In this document: positions 8,484 to 14,778 of the stretch, piece by piece
How positions within the stretch are numbered: position 1 is the first letter of the stretch
How the letters are laid out: each line of letters opens with the position of its first letter
Assembly: GCA_022839625.1 (NCBI GenBank)
Contig: JALHJL010000002.1
Span: 16,964-40,963, forward strand
DNA length: 24,000 nucleotides
Source of the DNA: Phycisphaerales bacterium
Lineage (GTDB): Bacteria; Planctomycetota; Phycisphaerae; UBA1845; Fen-1342
Reading direction: 5' to 3'
Notes under the pieces: generated by a model
Seen by the model: the letters and a program-made list of their open reading frames with translations, nothing else
Databases searched by the model: none
Told to the model about the DNA's origin: nothing
Program-made: the position numbers and the translations under genes

Positions 8484-9929
8484 ATGACCCCCGCAGTTTC
8501 CTCCCCCGTGGCCTCCGGTCATACCGCCCACGAGGTTCCCACGACGCTCGACGGGACGCACATTCACATGATCGGAGTCGGCGGTTGCGGAATGTCCGCA
8601 CTGGCCCAACTCCTGCTGCGCCGCGGCACGCGCGTCAGCGGTTCCGACATGCGTTCCTCCGCCGAGCTCGATCGACTGACTCAGAGCGGCGCACGTGTCA
8701 CGACGCATCAGCGTGCGGAAGCCGTCCCCGGCGACGCCGAGCTGGTCGTGGCGTCCGCCGCGATTCCGCCCGACCATCCCGAGCTGCTCGAAGCCCGCCG
8801 CCGGGGCCTCCCAATCCTCAAGTACGCGCAGCTACTCGGCGCCCTGATGTCCCAGTACGACGGCATCGCCGTCAGCGGCACGCACGGCAAGAGCACGACC
8901 ACCGCGTGGCTGACCTTCCTCCTGCGACAGGCCGGCCTCGATCCGAGTTTCGTCGTCGGCGCCACCGTCGCCCAGCTCGGCGGCGGCAGCGGCGTCGGCG
9001 CCGGACCGCACTTCATCGCCGAGGCGTGCGAGTACGACCGCTCGTTCCTGAACTTGCGGCCGCGGCGGGCAGCCATCTTGAACATCGAGGAAGACCACCT
9101 CGATTGCTACCCGGACCTGGCGGCCATCCGCGCCGCGTTTGCCGCCTTTGCCGCCAACGTCCCCCCGGACGGCCTGGTCGTGCTGAACGGCGGCGACGCC
9201 GGGTGTGCGCGGCTTGCCGACAACATCGCCGCTCGGGTCGAGACATTCGGCACGAGCGGCGCGGATTGGCAGGCCGTCGACGTCGTGCTCGCCAACGGGC
9301 GCTACACGTTCGCCGTCGCCCACCGCGGGGAGAGCCTGGGATCGGTCCGGCCGTACCTCTGCGGACGTCACAACGTGGACAACGCGTTGGTGGTCGCCGC
9401 ACTGGCCCATCACTGCGGCGTGGCCTGGGACCAGATTCGCGCTGGGCTGACAGAGTTCCGCGGGGTGCATCGCCGGCTGGAGCTGCGCGGCACGGCCCGC
9501 GGTGTTCAGGTGCTGGACGACTACGCGCATCATCCGACCGAGATTCGCGCGACGCTGCTGGCGGTCCGGGAGCGCTACAACCCGCAACGGCTGTGGTGCG
9601 TCTTCCAGCCGCACCAGCACTCCCGGACCCGCTTTCTCCTGAAGGATTTCGCACGGAGTTTCGCGCGCGCCGACCGCGTGCTTGTCCCGGACATCTACTT
9701 CGTGCGCGACAGCGAACGCGAGCGCGACCTCGTCTGCGCAGAGGACCTCGTGCGCGAGATCCACGAGCGCGGCGGCGCGGCGGCCTACGTACCGCAGTTC
9801 GCCGAGGTCGCCGCCCTGCTCGCCGCCGAGACCCAGCCCGGCGACGTCGTCCTGACCATGGGCGCTGGAAACATCTGGAGGGTTGCCGATGACCTGGTTC
9901 AACGGCTTGGAGGCCATCTGTCAGACTGA
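8484..9929 (+). CDS. murC: UDP-N-acetylmuramate--L-alanine ligase
   Basis: - N-terminal HIHMIGVGGCGMSALAQLLLRRGTRVSGSD.
- P-loop VSGTHGKSTTTAWL.
- Mur-ligase C-terminal DDYAHHPTEI.
- The track ORF starts at GTG 8385. I prefer ATG 8484 (AGGG 8 nt upstream), which gives a typical MurC length. Confidence 0.9.
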   Translation: MTPAVSSPVASGHTAHEVPTTLDGTHIHMIGVGGCGMSALAQLLLRRGTRVSGSDMRSSAELDRLTQSGARVTTHQRAEAVPGDAELVVASAAIPPDHPELLEARRRGLPILKYAQLLGALMSQYDGIAVSGTHGKSTTTAWLTFLLRQAGLDPSFVVGATVAQLGGGSGVGAGPHFIAEACEYDRSFLNLRPRRAAILNIEEDHLDCYPDLAAIRAAFAAFAANVPPDGLVVLNGGDAGCARLADNIAARVETFGTSGADWQAVDVVLANGRYTFAVAHRGESLGSVRPYLCGRHNVDNALVVAALAHHCGVAWDQIRAGLTEFRGVHRRLELRGTARGVQVLDDYAHHPTEIRATLLAVRERYNPQRLWCVFQPHQHSRTRFLLKDFARSFARADRVLVPDIYFVRDSERERDLVCAEDLVREIHERGGAAAYVPQFAEVAALLAAETQPGDVVLTMGAGNIWRVADDLVQRLGGHLSD

Positions 9930-10770
9930 CGCCCGGCTCGCCGAGCACACCTGGTACGGGCTGGGCGGCCCCGCCCGCTGGTTGTTCACTCCCCGCAACG
10001 AAGCCGAGCTGGCCGCGCTCGTGCAGCGCTGCGCAGCGGCCTCGATCCCGTGGCGGGTGCTCGGCCGCGGTGCGAACGTGCTGGTTCGCGACACGGGCTT
10101 TGACGGCGCCGTCATCAAGCTGTCCGCGCCGTTCTGGGACGAGCTGCGCTTCGAGGATACCCTCGCGTACGCCGCAGCCGGCGTCGATTTTCCGCGGGTC
10201 GTCCGGCAGTCCCTCGACCACGGGCTCGTCGGGCTCGAGAATCTCGCGGGCATTCCCGGTACCGTCGGCGGGGCCGTCCGGATGAATGCCGGGGGCCACT
10301 ACGGCTGCATCGGCGAACTCGTTCGCGACGTGCGCCTGATGACCACCGCCGGCCAACTGCTCACCTGCCCGGCCGCGGAGATGGGCTTCGGCTACCGCAC
10401 AAGCAACGTGAACGGCCGCATCGTCATAGGCGTCACGCTGCAATTGCAGCGCGGCGACCGGGAGGCCGCCATGGCGCGCTTCCGGCAGATTTGGAATGAG
10501 AAATACGCCCACCAGCCGCCGGTGTCGGCGCGCTCCGCCGGCTGTGTCTTCAAGAACCCGCCGGGGCACGCGGCCGGCCGGCTGATCGACGAGGCCGGCC
10601 TGAAGGGGACGCGCCGTGGCGGGGCCGAGATCAGCCCGCAACATGCCAACTTCATCATCGCGCACCCGGAGGCCACCGCGCAGGACGTGCTCGACTTGAT
10701 CGCGTTGACGCGCGAGCGCGTACGGAGTACGAGCGGTATCGAACTCGAATGTGAGATCGAGACCTGGTGA
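9889..10770 (+). CDS. murB: UDP-N-acetylenolpyruvoylglucosamine reductase
   Basis: - VLGRGANVLVRD.
- GLENLAGIPGTVGGAVRMNAGGHYG.
- SAGCVFKNP.
- GGAEISPQHANFII.
- The start is ATG 9889 (or TTG 9883), overlapping the murC 3' end by about 41-47 nt. Confidence 0.9.
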   Translation: MTWFNGLEAICQTDARLAEHTWYGLGGPARWLFTPRNEAELAALVQRCAAASIPWRVLGRGANVLVRDTGFDGAVIKLSAPFWDELRFEDTLAYAAAGVDFPRVVRQSLDHGLVGLENLAGIPGTVGGAVRMNAGGHYGCIGELVRDVRLMTTAGQLLTCPAAEMGFGYRTSNVNGRIVIGVTLQLQRGDREAAMARFRQIWNEKYAHQPPVSARSAGCVFKNPPGHAAGRLIDEAGLKGTRRGGAEISPQHANFIIAHPEATAQDVLDLIALTRERVRSTSGIELECEIETW

Positions 10771-10783
10771 ACGGAGTCAGACT

Positions 10784-11743
10784 GTGCCGGGCGCCCAAGA
10801 CGACGTGACCAAACCGCCGACCGACCACGCCGGACGAGTTCTGCGCGTTACGGTCCTCTGCGGCGGTCCGAGCGCCGAGCGGGCCGTCAGCCTCGACTCC
10901 GGGCAGGCGGTGGCGGAGGCCCTGCGCCGTCGCGGGCACCGCGTGTTCACCGCGGACGTCGGCCCGGACAACCTGGGCGCGCTGGACGAACCCGCCGACG
11001 TGGTTTTCCCCGCGTTGCACGGTCCGTTCGGCGAAGACGGCACGTTGCAGCGCATCATGGCCGCGCGCGGCATCCGTTTCGTCGGCGCCGACGCCGACGC
11101 CTCCGCGCTGGCTATGGACAAGGTGGCGGCCAAGACGGCGGTCAGCGCCGCCGGCATCGCCACACCGCCCTTCGAATTATGGGACCAGGCCACGCTCGCC
11201 CGCGGCGACTCGCCGGCCATCCTCCTGCCCGTCATCGTGAAGCCGGTGGACCAGGGCAGTAGCGTCGCGACGACCATCGTGCGCGAGCCTGCGGCGTTCC
11301 GCGGCGCCGTCGAGAAAAGTGTCCAGGCCTACGGCCGCGCACTCGTGGAGCGCTTTATCGTGGGTGACGAGCTCACGGTCGGAATCCTCGGGACCGAGGC
11401 GTTGCCGCCGATCGTCGTCCGGCCGAAGCGCCTGTTCTATGACTACGAGGCCAAATACCACGATGACGCCACCGAATACCTTTTTGACGCCGGGTACCCG
11501 GCGGACGTGCTCGAGCGCGCGCGGTCTCTCAGCCTCCGCGTTTTCGAGCTGCTGGGCTGTCGGCACTTGGCGCGCGTGGACTGGATGGTCGATCGCGAAC
11601 AGTACTTGTGGTTCCTGGAGATCAACACGCTGCCGGGCTTCACCAATCACTCGCTCGTGCCGAAAGCGGCCCAGCACATTGGCGTGTCGTTTGATGAGTT
11701 GGTGGAGCGGCTAGTGCGGATGGCGATTGAGGAAACGCCGTGA
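10784..11743 (+). CDS. ddl: D-alanine--D-alanine ligase
   Basis: - RVTVLCGGPSAERAVSLDSG.
- ALHGPFGEDGTLQRIM.
- ALAMDKVAAK.
- C-terminal ATP-grasp region ending EINTLPGFT.
- I prefer GTG 10784, preceded by GGAG (10773-10776) at 7 nt, over the track start at 10751, which lies inside murB. Confidence 0.9.
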   Translation: MPGAQDDVTKPPTDHAGRVLRVTVLCGGPSAERAVSLDSGQAVAEALRRRGHRVFTADVGPDNLGALDEPADVVFPALHGPFGEDGTLQRIMAARGIRFVGADADASALAMDKVAAKTAVSAAGIATPPFELWDQATLARGDSPAILLPVIVKPVDQGSSVATTIVREPAAFRGAVEKSVQAYGRALVERFIVGDELTVGILGTEALPPIVVRPKRLFYDYEAKYHDDATEYLFDAGYPADVLERARSLSLRVFELLGCRHLARVDWMVDREQYLWFLEINTLPGFTNHSLVPKAAQHIGVSFDELVERLVRMAIEETP

Positions 11744-12678
11744 GCGGTGCCAGGCTCAGACCGCAAGCCGGCCGACGCGCCGACCACGACGCGCGGCACG
11801 GGCGCACCGACCCGTCACGGTCTTCCACGTGGTGGCGCACCGCGTGCCTGCTCGGCTGGGCGGTCACTGCCGTGGGCGTCGCGTGGGGTTTGCAGCGGCT
11901 CGATCATCACGTGCGCAGCGTGCGCCCCGCAGTAGCGTGCACGGTGGAATGGGTGAATCTGCCTCCCTGGCTCACCTTGGCGGGCAGCGAGCCGATTCGA
12001 CGCGACCTCGACGCGGCGACCCGCCTCACGCCGGACACGGATGTGTACGATCCCGGCCTGTGCCGGCGGGTCGGCGAGGGCCTGAGCTCCTCGCCGTGGG
12101 TCGCCCAGGTCCATCGGATCGCCAAGCAGGAGGATGGGCGCGTAAGGATCGCGGCGACGTTCCGAGAGCCGTTCGCCCTGGTCGAGGTGGACGGCATCGC
12201 CTACCTCATCGACCGCGAGGGCGTACGGTTGCCACAGGAAGGCCGGGTCGAGCTCGTGGAGGATCACTACTGGAACGACTGGTTCCGCGTGGTCGGAGCC
12301 TCCGGCGCGCTGCCGAGCACGGGCGAGGTCTGGCCCGGCGACGACCTCCAGGCCGGCCTGCGGCTGATCGCGTTTCTGCGTGAGGCCACGGTGCGCGGCG
12401 AAGTCCCCTTTCGATCCTCGCTGCGGGCGGTTGACGTGGGGAACTACGCGCGGCGCGAAGACCCGTACGACGGTCAGTTGCGCATTCGGACCATTCACCC
12501 GGCGAGCTATATCAACTGGGGCCTGCCGCCCCATGAGGAGTATGACGTGGAACCGCCGGCGACGCGCAAGCTGGCGATGCTGCGCGCCGTATACGCCGAT
12601 CAGGGCCAGTTGCCTGACGACATCCTGGATGTACGCTCATTTGGCGCGATCAAGCGCGGCAAGCTCAGACGCGGCTAA
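11740..12678 (+). CDS. ftsQ: Cell division protein FtsQ/DivIB-like (bitopic, POTRA-containing)
   Basis: - It occupies the canonical position after ddl.
- GTG 11740 overlaps the ddl stop (GTGA).
- It has a basic N-terminus and one TM helix (ACLLGWAVTAVGVAWGL).
- The POTRA-like stretch is LSSSPWVAQVHRIAKQEDGRVRIAATFREPFALVEVDGIAYLIDREGVRLP. Confidence 0.7.
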   Translation: MSGARLRPQAGRRADHDARHGRTDPSRSSTWWRTACLLGWAVTAVGVAWGLQRLDHHVRSVRPAVACTVEWVNLPPWLTLAGSEPIRRDLDAATRLTPDTDVYDPGLCRRVGEGLSSSPWVAQVHRIAKQEDGRVRIAATFREPFALVEVDGIAYLIDREGVRLPQEGRVELVEDHYWNDWFRVVGASGALPSTGEVWPGDDLQAGLRLIAFLREATVRGEVPFRSSLRAVDVGNYARREDPYDGQLRIRTIHPASYINWGLPPHEEYDVEPPATRKLAMLRAVYADQGQLPDDILDVRSFGAIKRGKLRRG

Positions 12679-12849
12679 CCGGCCGCAGGCGCGTCGCGCC
12701 GGACCTCCATGTCTGGCGAGGCGCCCATCCGAATCGAAGCATGGCGGACAAGGAGGTCTGACGCTACAGAGGTATGGACCGCGGAGACCTCGGCGGCAGA
12801 CTCTCAGGAACCCACCGAAGGAACTGCGTCCGCCCAAGGAGCAAGACCG

Positions 12850-13653
12850 ATGCCCACTGAAAAGTTGCCCCAGTTGCTGCTCAGCACCTTGAAAGAGCAC
12901 ATCTCGCCGGGAGCGGAGTGGGTGCCGCTCGCCGCGGCGGGCGCTATCGCCCTGATCGGGCTGGTGTTCATGGTCAAGGGAGCGCGCCTGGCACCGCTCC
13001 TGGCCGCGCTGGCGCTCGGCGCCCTGGGAAGCGCGGCGGGCTCATTGGCGGCGCGCGGATTCGATCTGCCGTTCTGGCCGGCGCTCGGCGGCGGAACGGC
13101 GCTCGGGCTCATCCTGGGCGTCCTGCTCTTCCGCGTTTGGCTCGCCCTGCTGGTCGGTGCGTGCCTGGCCGCGGTATCGCTGGGTGTCTACGGTACGCAA
13201 GTGTTGCGCGGGCCGCTGGACAGCTATCTTTCGGCCGGCCTGGATCGTGAGCGGCAACTTGTGACGCTGCCGGATGCTTCAAGTCCGGCGGCGAACTGGC
13301 GGCACGAGCTGTCCGGGCTGTGGTCGCACCTGGGCAGTAACGTGCCGAACTTCCAGATGAGCGTCTGGGCAATCGTGGCATCGACGGGGCTGGCCGGGTT
13401 GGCCTTCGGGCTGCTGCTCCCGAAGCTTGCGCGCGCGTTCTGGGCGGCTTCAGTGGGCACCGGACTGCTCGTCCTCGCCGCCTGCGCCGCGGTCAAGCTG
13501 CGCTGGCCCGACCACGCCACCTGGTTGCAGCACGAGGGTCTCACGATCGCGGCCGGCCTTTGGCTCATCTCGCTGGCCTACAACTGGGTCGATGTGCGCG
13601 GCATACGTATGAAGAAGAACGCCGGCGGCAACGCGCAGAAAGCACCTGCCTGA
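12850..13653 (+). CDS. Polytopic membrane protein of unknown function (Gly/Ala/Leu-rich helices)
   Basis: - ATG 12850 is preceded by AGGAG (12837-12841) at 8 nt.
- GC3 is high from here on.
- The upstream part of the track ORF (12709-12849) has many A/T third positions, so I exclude it.
- About 6 hydrophobic segments.
- No motif I can place confidently. A DUF4203/TMEM198-like fold is a weak guess. Confidence 0.6.
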   Translation: MPTEKLPQLLLSTLKEHISPGAEWVPLAAAGAIALIGLVFMVKGARLAPLLAALALGALGSAAGSLAARGFDLPFWPALGGGTALGLILGVLLFRVWLALLVGACLAAVSLGVYGTQVLRGPLDSYLSAGLDRERQLVTLPDASSPAANWRHELSGLWSHLGSNVPNFQMSVWAIVASTGLAGLAFGLLLPKLARAFWAASVGTGLLVLAACAAVKLRWPDHATWLQHEGLTIAAGLWLISLAYNWVDVRGIRMKKNAGGNAQKAPA

Positions 13654-13666
13654 CCGGCGCCGCTTC

Positions 13667-13702
13667 CCCCCCTTCCGGCACGATAACGATAAGGAAGAGG
13701 GG
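13667..13702 (+). repeat. Imperfect inverted repeat (CCCC-C-CTTCC / GGAAG-A-GGGG) enclosing a tandem CGATAA-CGATAA loop, located between the two membrane-protein genes
   Basis: Read directly from the sequence. Positions 13667-13676 pair with 13693-13702 (9 bp plus one C.A mismatch). The 16-nt loop GGCACGATAACGATAA is AT-rich. No T-tract follows, so it is not a classical terminator. Confidence 0.3.
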
Positions 13703-13732
13703 TGCGCCGCGCGCGCATCCGGGAGCACGCCC

Positions 13733-14386
13733 ATGCCGCAGTTTCAGCACGCCATTCTTCAATGGATGGCCAACCAGCCGTGGCCGACGGGCATCCTGAT
13801 CTTCGCGGCCGGCGTGCTGGGCGCGTTCCACGGCGTCCGGCTGCTGCGGTTCTTGTTGCCTTTCGTGTGCGGCCAACTCGCGTGGGCCGCGGGCACAGCG
13901 CTCACGGCGTGGCTGCCACAAGTGCCGCCGGTGGCTGTCCCGGTGCTGGTCATGCTCGGCATGGTCGCCGCGCTCGCGCGCCCGCGCGCCGCGGTCGTCG
14001 TCGCGAGCGGCACCACGTGGGGCCTCGCGGCGGCCTGGCTGGCGGCGCAAACAGGCCTGCCGAACCTGGCGATCTGGGCGACCGTGCTTCTGGTAGGCGG
14101 GACGGGTATCACGCTCGCGGTGGTGTCGCGTGGCGCGATGACGAACCTGCTCATGAGCCTCCACGGAGCCGCCTGGATCATCCTGGGAGCGGTCGGGATG
14201 GCCGCCGTCGCCATGCCGGTGGTGTGCGACACTTTTCGATCCTGGGTGGAACAGCAATCCCTCGTGCTGCCGATCGTGCTGGCGATGCTGACGACCACGG
14301 GTTTCGCACACCAGGCCAACGAGATGCGCGGCGACCTCCGCGTCGGACCGCTGCGGAGCGCCCAAGGTCCGGCGGAGCCTGGCTAG
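13733..14386 (+). CDS. Polytopic membrane protein of unknown function, possible paralog of the preceding gene
   Basis: - ATG 13733 is preceded by GGGAG (13721-13725) at 7 nt.
- 217 aa with about 6 hydrophobic segments and high GC3.
- It shares the pattern G-x6-G-x-R-L-x3-L-x5-G-x-L-x2-AAG with the gene at 12850-13653. Confidence 0.6.
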   Translation: MPQFQHAILQWMANQPWPTGILIFAAGVLGAFHGVRLLRFLLPFVCGQLAWAAGTALTAWLPQVPPVAVPVLVMLGMVAALARPRAAVVVASGTTWGLAAAWLAAQTGLPNLAIWATVLLVGGTGITLAVVSRGAMTNLLMSLHGAAWIILGAVGMAAVAMPVVCDTFRSWVEQQSLVLPIVLAMLTTTGFAHQANEMRGDLRVGPLRSAQGPAEPG

Positions 14387-14531
14387 GGCGACGGCCCGAG
14401 CGGGCCGCGGGACCGTCGGGGCGGGCGGAGGCGGCCCGATGGCTGCGCCCCGCACGCAGGCCGCCCACACCGGCGCGCAAGTCATGGCGAGACGGCACAC
14501 TACGGGTGCTCGTGTAAGGCTCGGATTTCAG

Positions 14532-14559
14532 TTGACAATCGGGGGCCAGCCGATAGAGT
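14532..14559 (+). promoter_or_regulatory. Candidate sigma70-type promoter for thrS
   Basis: TTGACA (14532-14537), a 16-nt spacer, then TAGAGT (14554-14559). It lies at the start of the only extended lower-GC stretch in the 390-nt gap upstream of thrS. Confidence 0.4.
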
Positions 14560-14778
14560 GCTAGAGATGAGGGTCCGAAGTGCCTGAGGCTTTGGACGGC
14601 TATTACACCGACGATGGACCACGGGAATGAGACGTGACGGATAGACCGATCGGCTGGCGTGTGGGCCGCGCCCGCCCGCGTGACATGCTTATATCCGCCC
14701 GTTTCACCGACGAGCACGTCTGGCATCGCACCGGACCCGTGAGCAGGTCCATTGCACTCCCATGAGGACTTCCTCCAC
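14560..14778 (+). promoter_or_regulatory. Long (~215 nt) putative 5' leader of thrS with hairpins
   Basis: - 8-bp hairpin GUCCGAAG/CUUUGGAC (14573-14597, 9-nt loop).
- 5-bp hairpin GGACC/GGUCC (14733-14750).
- SD GAGGA (14764-14768) is followed immediately by UCCUCC (14771-14776).
- No known riboswitch or T-box consensus was recognised. Confidence 0.3.

Noticed and set aside
12771-12784. GGTATGGACCGCGG, which resembles the T-box core GGTGGTACCGCG. A weaker version, GATGGACCACGG, sits at 14613-14624 in the thrS leader.
   Set aside because: Neither is an exact match. I could not assemble a Stem I/specifier loop, AGAGA/GNUGA elements or a terminator/antiterminator pair around either. The better match is not even upstream of an aminoacyl-tRNA synthetase gene.
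12709-12849. An N-terminal extension (47 codons) of the first membrane protein, as given in the ORF track.
   Set aside because: Roughly half the third-codon positions in this stretch are A/T, unlike the strong GC3 bias of the genuine genes. A good AGGAG-8 nt-ATG start exists at 12850.
14387-14531. A possible terminator or small RNA after the second membrane-protein gene (GGCGGCC...GGCCGCC inverted repeat, about 14431-14466).
   Set aside because: The stem is short, the loop is large and irregular, and no T-tract follows. No known ncRNA consensus (SRP, 6S, tmRNA, RNase P) was recognised. It could still act as a factor-dependent terminator, but the sequence alone does not support a call.
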